This document shows, in pieces, positions 48,400-62,686 of a stretch of DNA of 64,000 bases. The stretch is from assembly GCF_009834535.1 (NCBI RefSeq), contig NC_045697.1:28832001-28896000 (forward strand), read 5' to 3'. This DNA is from Camelus ferus (taxonomy: Eukaryota). Numbering within the stretch: position 1 is the first letter of the stretch; each line of letters begins with the position of its first letter. The translations under genes and the position numbers were made by a program. The notes below the pieces were generated by a model. That model saw nothing but the letters and a program-made list of their open reading frames with translations, searched no databases and was not told the DNA's origin.

Positions 48400-51180
48400 T
48401 ACTCACTAAAGGACAACCTAACCTTAGGATATTCACAATGTTGTGCAACCATCACCACTGTTTAATTAGAGAAGATTTCCATCACCTCAAAAAGAAACCC
48501 TGTACCTGTTATTAGTCACTCCCAATTCCCCTCTCCCGTAGGCAGCCACTAATCTGCTTTTCTTTCTCTATGGATTTGCCTATTCTGGACTTTGCATATA
48601 AATGGAATCATACAATATGTGACCTTTTGTGTCTGGCATCTTTCATTTAGCGTATTTCCAAGGTTCATCCATGTTGTAGCATGTATCAGTACTTCATTCT
48701 TTTTTATTATCCTTTTGATGCATTATTAGATTTGGTTTTCTAATATTTCATTTAGGATTTTTGCATTTATATAAATGGGTGAGATTGACTTACAGTCTTT
48801 TCTTCCTTGCCCTGACTTGCCTGGCTTTGGTATCATGGTTTTGGGTTCATAAAACTCGTTGGGAAGTGTTTCTTCTTTTTCTCTTTTCTGAGTTTATATA
48901 AATTTAAATATTGGATAGAATTTACTTATGAAACTATCTGGATTCTGTTTTCTTTGTGAGAAGTTTCAGTTAGAATTTGTCCATTACTCAAAATTTTCAG
49001 ATTTATTAAGATTTTATTAAGACAGTTATAGTATTCTCTTACCATTTGTATCTCTGCTGCATCTGTATTTAAGTTCCCCCTTATAATCTTAGTATGTTTA
49101 TGTGTATGTTCCTTCTTTTTTTCTTGATTATTCTTACTAGAGATCAGATTTTTTATTAAACTTTTCAAATAAACATCTCTTTTCTTGGTTGATCTTTCTA
49201 TTATAAGTTTGTTTTATGTTTAATTCATTTGTTTTTCTTTTATTCTACTTTTTTTGCTTAAAAAAAGTCTACTTTGCTCTTTTATTGTTATTTTTAAAAG
49301 GCTTTATCTGAAAGTTTAGGTCATTTTTTAATATGAGCATTCAATGCTATAAATTTCCCTGGGTACTATGTTAGCTTCTCCTAGACTTTTTAATATATTA
49401 TTCCTTATTTTTATCATTTATAATTTGCATTACAGTTTTATTCTTTAACCCTTGGATTATTCAGAACTATGTTTTAGATTTCTGAACAGATGGTTTTAAT
49501 TTTATCTTTTTAAAAAAATTGGTTTTCATCTTTACTGCAGTAGGTAAGATTGTGTGGTTTGTATAATACTAATTCTCTAATATTTTTTAAGATGTGCTTG
49601 ACTAATTCATTGTCAGTTTTTAAGATAAATGTTCATATTTGCTTGATAGAAATGTATAATGGTTATATTGTATTAATATATCACTAAATCATGCTTATTC
49701 TATTGTTCACATCTATAACTTTACTTTTTAAAAAAGTTTGCTTGATTAATGTTGAAGAGAGGGATGAGAAAATCTACTGTGAGAGATGCTGAAATCTCCC
49801 TCTATTGTTGATTATGTCATGTTTTTCCTTATAATCCTGCCAATTTTTGCTTTATATATACTGAGAATATTTTTTGCAGTGTACATAGCTTAAGACTTTT
49901 ATATCATTAATTAATTGAATATTTTATCCTTGTCTAGTGATTTTCTTTTATTAATATTAATTTTTGTTCTAAATCTAATGTGTCTAATATCAATCGAACT
50001 ATACCAGCTTCTTTTAGTTAGTATTTGAGTGTTACTTCTTTTTTTTTTTATGCCTTTACTTTCAACTTTTCAATATCTTTATATTTAGGTATATCTCTTG
50101 TAACCAGTATGTCTGGGTTTTAAAAAGTCCACTCTATCTTTGGCTTTTAACTGGTAAGATTAGTTCTTTTACAGTTATTTTGGTTATTAATATAATTGGA
50201 CTTGTAGTTTCTTTTTTCTTTGATTACCTTTTCTGTGATTGCTTTTTCTCCTATCACAGAAAATTATGTCTTTGTTTTTTTCTTCCTATCATACCTTATT
50301 TTGGATTTTTTTATTGAATGCAAATTTTCTTATTTGTTTTTTCCCTTCTCTACTAATATGGAAATTATATATAGTATTTGTAGCTTTTTAGTAGCTACAT
50401 TAAATTTTTATCATGCAAACTTTAAAGTTAAACCATTTTCTTAGCCTTCCTCCTCACAAATACAAGGATTTCAAGCATGTTAACTCTGATACTTACCTCC
50501 TTCCAACTTACATGCTCTGACTTTAGAATGTACATACAGTGTTTATTTTCACTCATGTAGTTATTGCTTTGTGCTTAATTTTTCTTTCATCATAGGCCTT
50601 TCATCTGGGAATTTCCTTCTGTGTGACATTCATCTTTTAGTATTTTCTTTAGTCTAGGCCTGCTTCATGTCAAACTCTTTTTTTTTTTTTAATCTGAAAA
50701 TTGTTTTATTGTCCTCATCCCTATAAGATGCTTTCGCTGGGTATATAAATTCTAGGTTGATAGTTTTTGTTATTGATGATTACCTTTCACTGTCTTCTGA
50801 CTTCCACTATTATTTCTGTTAAGTCAGCTGTAATTCTAATAGTTGGTTTCTTTGTAGATTAGTTTTTAAAATTTCTAGTTGCTTTTAATTTCATCTCTTT
50901 ATCTTTGGTGAATGGCAATTTTAGTACTGTGTTTCTCATTGTAGATTTCTTATTATTTATCTTGTTTGGGATTTGTTGGACTTGTAAGATGAGGGGATTG
51001 ATGTCTTTCATCAGTTCTGAAAAACTCTCAGCCATTTTCCTTTAAATTGCTTCTGTCCCATGTTCTCTTTTTTCTTTCTGGGACTTAGGTGTGTACTAGA
51101 CCTTTTTGCTCTGTCCTCTATATCTATGTCTCTTAACCTCTCTTTCATATTTTCTATCTCTTTGCTTCTTTGTGATCTGA
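48400..51180 (-). mobile_element. Old L1 fragments
   Basis: An L1MB-like 3' end at 48400-48715 followed by degraded antisense ORF2/ORF1. Confidence 0.6.
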
Positions 51181-52046
51181 AACCAGACAAGATCGAGGTA
51201 TGTAAATATGAAAGCCAGATTTGCTCAGGTGACAAATGCTAATATTAGCCCTGAGATCCAGACATTAAACCTTAGATCCAACTCAAGATAGGAGGGTTGC
51301 ATCTGAGATGTTTTCATTAAGACAAGACCCTTGAGGGACTAAAGCATATCATCTTGCCTCCTGGCAGATGCAAATCCAGATGTTATATTAATGAAAGCAC
51401 CCCCAGTTTAAGGCCTAAGGAGTCCCATATATTAGCTTCAACAAAATATGAACTCACAAACAGAAGCACACAAATAAGCCACCATGAGTGAAAACACAGA
51501 TACGTATTTGGATGTCCAGAGATACTAGGAAGCTTTTTCCTTTGCTTGAACTTAAACATGTATTAAAATATGTGTTTGCTTTAATTTATATGGGGTCCAG
51601 TTTTATTGTAATGGGCGGGCCCTTTGAGACATCTAGTCTACTGTACTGGCATAAGTGGAAGCCTTTGTAGTGGAATTTTATTATTTACTATTTAATGAAT
51701 TAAAGGCTTGAAATGATGGTCATATTCTTATGAGACTTTTTTGCAAAGCTTAAGAATAACTTCTTTTAAAGTTGTTAAGATCTGCTGTTTTTTTTTTCCA
51801 TGCTGATAAAGGATCTTTGGAAAAGATTGTATGAAATGATTAAGAAAATGGTAATATAGAATAAATCTTGAATACAATGAAAATTAAAATCAAATAGTTT
51901 ATATCATGTCATAATAAAAGCTTTGATATTTTTATGTATTAAAAATGTATCATTGTTTTTCTTGGCATTATATGAGCTGGTTTTTTTTTTTTTTTTTAAC
52001 TTGATTACTGATATTCCGTCTACTCTTTTTTCCGTTGGAATTTTAG

Positions 52047-52199
52047 GCGTAATATTCATGGGGTAAGCAAAGAAAAAATAACAAGAATGTTGGAACACTA
52101 TCAGCGTTTTGTTTCAGTGCCAATAATCATGAGTTCTTCAGTTCCAGAGAAAATCGAACGTATTGAGTTGTGTGCATATTCTTGTGAGGACAGTACTAG
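52047..52199 (+). CDS. N4BP2: N4BP2 coding exon 6
   Basis: RNIHGVSKEKITRMLEHYQRFVSVPIIMSSS...; TAG / GTAGGT; 153 nt. Confidence 0.93.
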
Positions 52200-52913
52200 G
52201 TAGGTTAAAAATTCAATTTAAAACATAATTTAAGAAAAATGTAATTTTGGAGCTTGTGAAATCACTGCCAAATAGCTTTAAAAATAATGTAGACATTTGT
52301 TATTTGTAGGATTTATATAGTCTTACCTGAAGCAAGATGTGTATGGTTAGCAAGAGAAGTAAAAGTTTATGTGAATGATGACACACATGGGAGTTGTTGC
52401 ATTGTCTTCTGGTTTATGTAGGTCCATGTTTATCCTATGAATACTCCTGCCTTCTCTATTTAACTTGCTGCTGTTCCGGTATTTATCTGTTACCTTATCT
52501 TGCCTCTATTATTATTTTGTATAATAAATTCCCTTTACTTCTTGATTTTCTTAGGTATTAATAAAAATACTCTCTCACACTAGTATTGTAAAAATTTATT
52601 ATTCATTGTATACTTTTACTAGGTAATACAAGTCATAGCCTTTTGAAAGTTTGCAATCTAGGACAGTACTGATTCTGTAAAAAACATTTAGGACACATAG
52701 ACAATTGAATAAATAAATAAGAAAGAAGCCTTAAATATAAATAGAGATCTAAATTACTCAGATTTTTTGATAGTAAGTTATGCATGAGAGGCTCTATTAA
52801 AAAGGAATTGGGGAGAGAAAATTCATAAATGCTCTTTTATGATCCCTTAATTTAAATTATAATACTAAGGGCAACAATAAGAGACTTTCCTATAATAAAA
52901 TTTTTTTTTACAG

Positions 52914-55294
52914 CCTGAGAGACAATGAAGATATTACCTCTGAAAAAGAAGAAAATGTTTTATCCTTATCTTTGAAGCACCTGGAGTTAACTGAAGAGAA
53001 GAAACTTGAAGTGACCAAGGAAACTATGTTGCCTGAGAATGTTACATATCTCCCTAATGCAGATTTAAACAGAGGAAGAAATGAAATAAGTGGCGTGAAC
53101 TCTAACATTCAGAGTGCTTTCATTCAGGAATTTCCAGACACTTGGTTTTCTGATTCTGAAAGTAAAGTACGAGTTACAGATAAAAGTGAAAAAGAAGAAC
53201 AAGTAAAAATGGCTTCTGATAAAGAGTGCAGTAAAACCAGTGCAGATAGTTCTGAAGAAGGAGTGTCACCGGGTACTTGCTATGGTGAAAATAGTCAAGA
53301 AGACTGTGATCTTTCAAATACTGTGCCACCTCAAAATGAAAAATCTCCACCTGGTGAAATGTGGGAAGAAAGAGCAACAGTAAAGAAAAAAGCCTTTGGA
53401 AAACAAAAAAGCAAATCAACTTTGGAAAAGTTCCCAAGACATGAGCTGTCTTTTGTTGGTGACTGGCCAGTGGATAAGACTATTGGTCAGAGGACAAAAA
53501 GGAACCGAAAAACTGAAAAGGCTTCATCTGTACAAAGTGACAAAAAGTATAATCGCCCTCAATCACGCAAAGTGGTAGATAGCAGTTTATCTGTGAGTAT
53601 AGATTGTATCCAGCAACAAGGCTCTCCACATGAAAATGTGGAGGATGACAAGTCACAGTGTGATGATGCTTCAGAATCTTTCAATAGCAGTAAATATGAT
53701 CCTTACAAAAATACTGAAAAAGACTCATTCAACATTGTGGGAGACTGGCCTTCATCTGATTCTTTAGCTCAGAGAGAGCACAGATCAAGAATGCCAAAGG
53801 CTAGCTTAAGTGAACCGCACCTAGAATTTGGAACAAACAGCAGTATGAATGAAATATCCTTATACACAGCACATGAGGCCTGTTGGGGCACAAGCCCTGA
53901 AGAACTAAAAACGCTGGGTAGTAATTCCCTAGGAAGTTCTGAAATGCTGTCCAATGAAATGAGCCATGAGAATAAGTCTTGTCCAGGTAAACAGATTCAT
54001 ACACAACACACATTGCCTCTCACTTACAGCAATAATGTGCCGACTGTTCCTGGAGGAGTAGGACCACAGCCTTCAGCTGAATTTCCGGAAGAAAAGTGTA
54101 AAGAAGTTCCTGGAATAGGGGTAGGCGTGTGTACCCAGACTGAACCACAGGATTTTGCCCTCTTATGGAAAATAGAAAAGAATAAAATTAGTGTTTCAGA
54201 TTCTCTGAGAGTATTAACAGGAAGATTAGATGGATTTAAACCAAAGGCTTTCAGTATTAACACAAAACTAGATGTTCAAGATACAATTCCATATAGGGTA
54301 ATGTATGACAAAAGCACATACGTTGAAGAAAGTGAGCTTACTAGTGCTGATGAGTCTGAAAATCTTAACATTCTTTGTAAACTGTTTGGATCCTTTTCTT
54401 TAGAAGCCCTAAAGGACTTATATGAGAGGTGTAACAAAGATATTATTTGGGCCACAAGCCTTTTGTTGGATTCTGAAACTAAATTATGTGAGGAAACAGA
54501 ATTTGAGAATATCCAGAAATCGTATGATGCAGCACAAATTGGGCCATTTTCTCTGGGACTGAACTTGAAGGAAATTATTAGCCAAAGAGGAACTTTAGAG
54601 GATTCCAGTTCTTCTGTGCCAGAATTTAGCCATGGAATTGGTATCAGTAACACTAATGTACAGTCTTCCCGTAGTTCAGAAAAGGAAAACTCAGAGCAGG
54701 CAGAAATGAGAGCTATAACTACTGAAAAACCTGGATTAATAACAAGTATATTTCCTAACGCCACTGTAGATCTAAAGAATACTAATGAAGTACTTCCTAA
54801 TAGTCAGGCAGAACTTTCAGGTTTATGTAGCATTAAGCAGTTTTTTCCAGGTACTCTGAAAGCTACTACCATTAAAAATGTGAATGAAATGGAAAAGCAT
54901 CCAGAAGTCACAGAGGTTGGAGACAGTATACATTCTTCTTTGAATTTGTCTGATATTTTAAACTCTGGATCAAACACTTCAAATCTTGAATTGCATGAAG
55001 AAACTTATTTTACTGACTCTCTTGAAATAAATAAAAATGAAAATCTTCCAAAGGATTATGTGAAATTTCCAAACACAGAAGAATTTATGAATGAAGATGA
55101 ACGGGAAATGGAAAAAATTCTAATGGCAGGGAATACTTTGTCAGCTGAAGTTACTGAAGAAGATAAAACTGAGATGTTGACTTCTACACCCACGATGGCC
55201 AGATCTCTGACCATAGACTGTCTGGAATTGGCATTACCCCCTGAACTGGCTTTTCAGCTCAGTGAATTATTTGGCCCTGTTGGTATTGATTCAG
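52914..55294 (+). CDS. N4BP2: N4BP2 coding exon 7 (large 2381-nt exon)
   Basis: Open frame matching the 791-aa ORF; TQTEPQDFALLWK, LCKLFGSFSLEALKDLYERC; CAG acceptor, G|GTAAGA donor. Confidence 0.95.
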
Positions 55295-55917
55295 GTAAGA
55301 AAAAAGTAAATTACCTATATGCGTGTCTTTGTGTGAATAGAATATAGATGGAGAATTCTGTTTCAGTTTTAAAACTATTTCATATGTTAACTGAAATGTA
55401 AAATAATTTGTGTTGCCTACTTTGTTATTTTTGACACAATGTGTTTGTAGAAGATTTTTAAAAATATAATTTGAAAATACAATATTTATATGGAATTTGT
55501 GTTCATCCCATGTATATATTGAAAGTTTTCTCTGGTATTCAACTCATCCTTATTTGCATAGGTGAATCTTTTTGAATCTTTTGGTGCTACTCCAGATATA
55601 CTTAGGGCAAGATTAATTTCTTAGAACACACTTGCTGGAAGGTCTTGAATAATGGAAATGAATAAATTAAATATATTTAGACTAATGGACGTGAATAACT
55701 TAAATATATGAAGCATTGTATAACACTGTACGTGCCAAGAAGTGTGAAAACAATGACATACTACATAAAAGTACTCCAGGAGATTTAGAACTAGATACAT
55801 AGGTTGGTGATTAAAAATACAAATTAGTTTCATGATGCATAAAGTAGTTGAATATGTTTTCTGCAAATGTATAATGAGTAATGATCATATTTTTTCCTCT
55901 TTTTTTCCCTTCACAAG

Positions 55918-56003
55918 GGTCCCTAACAGTTGAGGATTGTGTGGTTCATATAGATCTGAATCTGGCTAAAGTGATTCATGAGAAATGGAAAGAATCTGTA
56001 ATG
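55918..56003 (+). CDS. N4BP2: N4BP2 coding exon 8
   Basis: GSLTVEDCVVHIDLNLAKVIHEKWKESVM; AAG / GTTGGT; 86 nt. Confidence 0.92.
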
Positions 56004-56526
56004 GTTGGTAGGCTTCATTTTATAAAGGGCCCCCCTTGTGTGCATTTTGTCACCTTTGCTCTTCAGTAAAATCTATTATGTTATATGAAAGAGTTCTACT
56101 GAATTTAGACTTTGAGAGAGAATGAACTTCACCAGTTAATGGATTACTAAATTTTTTTTTTCTCTATGCAGTGTTGTAGATCATTTCCACACTGGCCAAA
56201 CTGTATGATTAACGATGGAGCTCAATATGATTGTTGATATTTTTTTTTAAGGGAAAAAAAATCATAATTAGTTTTTTTCTCCCTAGATTAAAGGCTTGCA
56301 GTGCTAATTAAATTTCAAAACCATTAAAAAAAAATACAGCATAAGAGCTCTATAAGAAAAAATATATAGATATAGTTATACTTTATAATTTTTATCTAAT
56401 TTTATTAGATTTAGCAAGAACGGGTGATAGTTTTACAAGGAGAAATGATTACTAGAGAAAAATGACATACGCTTGGTTTTCTAATGCACCCTCTTTTGCC
56501 AATCCCCTGTTCTGCCTTTATGTTAG

Positions 56527-56572
56527 GAGCGACAAAGACAGGAAGAGGTATCCTGTGGCAGGTTAATGCAAG
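56527..56572 (+). CDS. N4BP2: N4BP2 coding exon 9
   Basis: ERQRQEEVSCGRLMQ; TAG / GTAAAA; 46 nt, phases match the neighbouring exons. Confidence 0.88.
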
Positions 56573-57881
56573 GTAAAAGCACATACTTTTACTTCTTACG
56601 TTCTTGTCTTGGTATTGAAACTTGGTGTGTGTGTATGAATTTCAACTCATTTTAAATATGCTTCCACAAAATATGTTACCCAAGAATTTTGATTTGCAAA
56701 AAAAAGTTCTTTAAAAATATTTAACATTTAATATTGATATAAAATAAAGTAAAACTTAAAGAAGAAAAAAGCCCCTATAATACTGTTTAACTTTCAGGAG
56801 TGCTGTGGAACACACAAGGTGTGCTCTAATGCATATGTAGCCAGGGTATTTCCTATTTATGATTTTGCTCTGAATGATAGAAAACCATTCTGGTTTGAGA
56901 GCAATAAAATGTTCATGTGTTTGAGAACATTGAAATATTACTTGGTCATTCAAAGTTTTTATTGATGTTAATATTGTTAGAGCACAGAAGTCAGCATGCT
57001 TTTTTCAGGACATCTGCCAAATTGAAAATATTTGATTCCAGAAGATTTCTTAGGTAGCACTGTCCTATATGATTAGTTCAGGGTGGCAGACCTGGTATAG
57101 TGTCCTCCTTTTGTGCATGAGTTCCTCCAGATGCCGCTCTTGTCCAGTCCGTACTAGGACTCCAGATTGAAGACGGACAGAGTGAAGATCCTTAGCTTTA
57201 GTTCAGACCTATGCTTGTGTTGCAGCTTCAAGATCTAAAGTTGTTTGAAAGCTAAAGGTGCCCAAAGGATATCAGAGTTACTCAGATGACAGTATTGGCT
57301 ATGTCTTCACTCTCCAAGAAAGCAAATTAGTATATCAGAATGTGTTGCTATCCCTTAGAAACGCTGAAATACTATACACTAAATCTTGTGATTATGAACT
57401 TCTTAGAATATTCAGTTCCTTATGTTGAATACCATTTGTTCAGTATTTATTGTGTGCCTCCAGTGGGTTACAGATTTGCAGAAATAATTGATCCTTTCAG
57501 TTCTTGGGAGTGGCTAAGAAGAGCTGACCAGAGCCGATCTAGCTAGACTCTTCTGGCTGGCTGCACCTTCCTCTGTTTACCAGTGTATGTGTATCACTTT
57601 TTCTGTGTGTTGATGTGATATGAAAAGAGTGGGAAGCGCTGACTTGATTTACGATGATACCCAGATCATTGCTCATTTGAATATTCTACCATTTATACAT
57701 ATTTCTTGCTTGCAATTATATGAAGATATCTTCTGAAACTTCAGAGTTATGTTACATTTATAAGCTGAAAGTAAAAAATCATGTTTCCTGAGTCTCTCTG
57801 AGCTAGGTGTAACAGAATGAATAATGCCTAACTTGTACATTTATTGTTGAGGGTCTGATACTATTGATATTGCTTTTATAG

Positions 57882-58078
57882 ATCCTTCCCTGGTTGGGCA
57901 TGTTGGTCTTGATAATCCTGAACAAAAATCATCTCAGAGAACAGGCAAAAAATTACTGAGGACTTTAGCAGCACCTGAAATGCTACCCTTATTGGATCAT
58001 TGGAACACTCAAACTAAAAAAGTATCGCTCAGAGAAATAATGTCAGAAGAAATTGCCTTACAGGAAAAGCATGATTTG
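57882..58078 (+). CDS. N4BP2: N4BP2 coding exon 10
   Basis: DPSLVGHVGLDNPEQK...LDHWNTQTKKVSLREIMSEEIALQEKHDL; TAG / GTATGA. Confidence 0.93.
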
Positions 58079-59199
58079 GTATGAGTTAGCATAAACATTA
58101 AGCCTTTGTCTCTGATTCTAGGTTGATTGTGTGTTTACTTTGTGATTTTCATTTGGTTCTACTTTTCCTTGTCTGGAATCTGTATTTTAACCTAGTCAAA
58201 GTTAATGTTAAAATTGAAAAGTGTTTTAAATATAGCTTGAAATTGGGGTTTTTTTACTTCTGGGAAATTTATTGATATTCTGTTAACAGTAAGCCAATCT
58301 GTGTTAAATCTGTTGTTTTAGATTTATTTTTGCAGGTGATTGAGCTGCGTATTTCTTTTAACATTTACTTCTGTAATTTTTTAATTCTAGAAAAACAAAA
58401 AAAGTCCCTTTTGAAGATTTTATTCATAAATTAGTAATAAGAAATGACTGTCTTGCTATTAAAGAAGTATCCATCTTTGAAATAAAATTTTTTAGAAAAA
58501 AAATTTGAGAAACAAGAACTTGAATTAAAAATTAAGTATTCTTCTTTTTCTAACTTTTCAATTAAACAAATTCAAACAGAAACTTCACTTTACTTTGAAC
58601 TTAATTTTTGTTCCTTATTCAGCATATCTAATTATATGAAGCCATAAGAGAATTTGGTTTCTTTTGCATTTCTTTTTCTTAGGCTTTTCTGAAATTCTGA
58701 AAATTTAGTGTTTGAGTATTTCAGAAACAAAAGGGTGAAGACCTTAGAGGTTATTTAGTCTAGTTCTCAAAGAAAAAAAGTTCTTAGATGATGATGTTAA
58801 AACATTTTGCCTTCTTGTTTTTTTTTTTTTTTTTTAACTCATTCGATTGCTTAAAGGAGCACCTTTATATTTGGCTGAAATACATAGAATTAGGGCATAG
58901 AAAGACTGATGGTATTCCTCCACCTTGATTTTTAAATCCCCCAGTTATCTTGTTAATTAAATTGGAAATATGCTACCATTTTCATCTTTGCATGTTTACA
59001 TAATCCGAGGAACAATCTCTTCAGTAGGATCTCATAATTAGTGTTGTTTCAGATATCTCTTCAATTTATGTAATAAAGTGGAAAAATGGGTTTTCTTAAA
59101 AAATAAGGAAAGCCTAGAATTTATGCCAAAATGGTGTGACACTTTTTGTTGAGATGCCATTTTCCATTACTGAAACTTATCTTTATGGTTCTAACCTGC

Positions 59200-59271
59200 C
59201 TTTTAATCTCTCAGTACAATAATGAACAAATAAATATCTTTTAATCTCTCAGTATAATAATGAACAAATAA
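59200..59271. repeat. 34-bp tandem duplication (1 mismatch, 4-nt spacer)
   Basis: CTTTTAATCTCTCAGTA(C/T)AATAATGAACAAATAA at 59200-59233 and 59238-59271. Confidence 0.9.
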
Positions 59272-60879
59272 GACTCTTTGACTTCCCAACTTAATTTTTT
59301 TTTTTTTTCTATCAGTGATTTTTGCTTGTCTTTCTGTGGGTTGGGTAATAGAAGCTGTACTCTTTTGATCCTAAGGATATTACCATAGGTAGAGCCTCAG
59401 TAGGAGAATTTCCCAAAGGAGAATATACTTTGAATTCTTTTTAAGCAAAGAATATGTAATAAACATTAGGCATAATGTATGAATAGAAGAATTAATTGTA
59501 AAATGATTAAGGTTATGAGCTTTCCAGTTTATTGATGAGACCTTATAGTTTAGAAACTCTACTACCTAGCAGATTGCTAGTAAATCTGATCACTGAATTT
59601 TTTAGTAGGTTTGGATTATAATATATATCTTAAATATGAAATATTTAAAATCCTGAGGTGGCTTATTTCCATCACTCTTGTGATATGTGATATGTTCAGC
59701 TTTACCAGTCCTTTTTGCTGGTCAGATTGCCATCTATTGTGGCCCTTCTTTTGTTGTTCGGTGTTATAAATGGCCTAAATATGGTTAGGCTTCAAAACCA
59801 AAAACTATTCTAGGATTGTCCTAAATTGTAATCTTTATATTTTCAGAGATACCTTTGAAATTTTATAGGAAGTTACTTTTCAGACATTAGGATTTTTGGA
59901 GTAAAAAATACTACATAGTTACACCACATCAATGAATTGTCTTCGAGTTAGAAATCACTTTAAGAATGTTTGCCATAATCCTCAGTTAGAATTAAAATAG
60001 CAAATTTTAGGAAAGCTCTTTTGGTTTGGCAAGTCAAACAATCCAAATATGACTTTGAAAAAAATAACAGTAACAATTCACATACAGTTATTTTGGCGTA
60101 AATATGTTTGTGAAAAATTTTTTTAATGTGAATTTTAAGATTTTCTGTCAACCTGAATTTGAACTTATTTGTACATTGTAGTTTCTGCCCATTGAGGAGA
60201 ATATGTTTTTGAGGACGTTGTTCACAGCATCACACAGTGTCCCTTTTATGAAGACCCATGGGAGAAATTTCTCTCAGGTCTCAGTACCAGAAAAAGCTGT
60301 ACTTCTCCTGAGCAACTGGTTTGTTTTTATTTTATGGACACAGAATCTTTGTTTCCCCCTTTGCTTTGGCCACTGAGAAGCTCAGAACTGAATTTGTGGC
60401 CCACCTTTAGCAAATTGTACAGGATTTTGTGGCATGCATTTATATACTAATTTTACTTATTAGCTTTATCCTATACTCTTACCTTTATTTCCTCTACTCT
60501 CTGACTTCTTCATTTATTTATATCCTGTTTATATATATATATATCTTTATCCTTTTGTGTATAATTTGATTGAATGTGTTGTGTGTGTATATTTGAGTAT
60601 ATATACACATGCATACATATATGTGTATATGTGTGATTATATGTATGTGTATATTAATGAGCAGCTTTGAATACTTAGCAAAAAATGGGATATAAATAAA
60701 TAGTGCAAGAATACTCACGTTACTAATTTCAGCCTTTAGTCAGTGAAGAAAATCTGTGATTGCTTTTAAATTATTAGTCTTGCAATAAAATAACCTTGCT
60801 TTGGATCAGCATAACTGGTATTGTAAATTCCATCTTAAGGATGATTTTTGTCTTTTTTTTGTTTGTTTGTTTGATTTAG

Positions 60880-60998
60880 AGAAGGGAGCCACTTACGTTT
60901 GAAAAAGATTGTGCCACTAAACTAAAGGAGAAGCAGCTCTTCAAGATATTTCCAGCCATTAACCAAAATTTTCTGGTGGACATTTTCAAGGACCACAA
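60880..60998 (+). CDS. N4BP2: N4BP2 coding exon 11 (gene continues beyond the window)
   Basis: RREPLTFEKDCATKLKEKQLFKIFPAINQNFLVDIFKDH; TAG / GTGAGT; 119 nt. Confidence 0.93.
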
Positions 60999-62587
60999 GT
61001 GAGTGCTAGAAGGATTGTTTGTAGTTTCTGTTATGATACCATTGAGAGCATATGTCATGTATTTCAATATATTATTTTTATATTTCTGACAACAAAAATA
61101 ACTATAGGTATATTAAACCATTTAAATGTAATGATGTAGAAAGTGAGAAGTTTCTGTCAGTTGATTCATAGTCCTCCTCAGTCTTTTTCTCATATACTTA
61201 CATTAATGTGTGTACATACATGTGTATCTATTTGCTTTTTTGTCTGTATAGAAATGTATATTTCACAAAAAATGGGTTGTGTTTTACAGTTTTGCTGTTA
61301 CTTATTTTTCCTGTCCATACTTTGTCATCGGCTTTTTACTTTTAAAAGTCTATAGAGTATTCCGTAGTATTCTTAAGTGAAAGTACTGTAGTTTATTTAA
61401 ACATGCTCTATAGGCTTTTTGACTGTAAGAAAAATTGGAAACGATGTTGCACTGAGCATTCTTGAACATATGTTTCTGTGTGTGTGGGTGAATGCTGCTG
61501 TAGGCTGCTTCTCAAAGGTGAAATTGCTGGTTCAGTGTGTGCATTAAAAGTTTTTGTAGCTAGTGCCAAATTTTCTTTAATAAAGGCTTACTGTGTGTAG
61601 TATGAAGTAGAGATTTAACTTGTTTTTCTAAATGATTATCCCCTGGATGAATAGATCATCTTTATCCATTGACATAAAATATAACCACTAATATTTACTA
61701 CATTCCTAAATGTACATTTTCTTTTATAGACTCTTTGATTCCATTGAGCTGTTTGTTTGGTCCTGGGTTTCCACCATCTTATTTTAATTATTGTAGTGTT
61801 ATAGTATGTTTTGATGTTTGGTATGTTAGGAATGCTTCTGATTTGAGTAGTAATACATACTTTCAATCTTAATGTAGTCCTTAAATTTCAATTTTATCAA
61901 GAGTTGTTTTAAATAGATACCTTTTAAGAATTTTTTGAGAATCTAATACAGAGTTTTTACTTTAGTTTATTAGTATATTTCATGTCAATCACAATAATTT
62001 CTGGAGTAAAAATTACCTTCAGGTTTTTTTCCTTTAATGCAGTGTAGAAATTGATTTCAGGATTTTTGTGACAGTAAGTAAATGCGATTAATCTGTGATT
62101 TTCTATTCCTGTGTTATTTTTGTCAGATTTTGGTATCGGAGTTTTCCTTGGTATTAGGCTTAATAAAGGAATCTGGCAAGTATAATGCTCTGGAAAATAT
62201 AAATAAATTAGTACCTTGAAGGTTCTGGGGTTGCGCCTTTTAGGAAGAAGATTTTTAGAACTTTTTACTCTCTTTAAGGTTACTGCTTTTTTCAGATGTT
62301 TGCTTTTTTTTTTTATGAGTCTTTTCTGGTAGTTTCTCTTCTAGAAAATCATAAATTTTACCTGGGCTTTCAAGTTTATTATTGTTAAGTTATATGTAAT
62401 CTGCTGTAATAATTAAAAACATTATTTTATATTTGATCATATGCCTTTTTCCTTTCCCAATTTTTTTTTCTGTTCTCTTTGTTTTTGCAGCTTGGCCCTT
62501 TTAAAGAACAAGCTCTTAGTTTATTTATCAAAGTCTGTTTTATATTCTCTAATCATTTACTTTTGCTTTTGTTTTTGGTGATTCCTC

Positions 62588-62686
62588 TTTTTTTTTTTTT
62601 TTTTTCTCTTTACAGAGGTACTGGGGATTGAACCCAGGACCTCGTACATACCAAGCACGCACTCTACCACTGAGCTATACACCCCC
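62588..62686 (-). mobile_element. tRNA-derived SINE (vic-1-like)
   Basis: GGGGGTGTATAGCTCAGTGGTAGAGTGCGTGCTTGGTATGTACGAGGTCCTGGGTTCAATCCCCAGTACCTC plus A tail. Confidence 0.85.

Noticed and set aside
54276..54764. 162-aa antisense ORF
   Set aside because: Shadow of the N4BP2 coding exon on the opposite strand; no independent support.
56985..57645. Possible Charlie-type hAT relic (ends GGGAAGCGCTG)
   Set aside because: Only one terminus looks plausible; no matching TIR or TSD could be confirmed.
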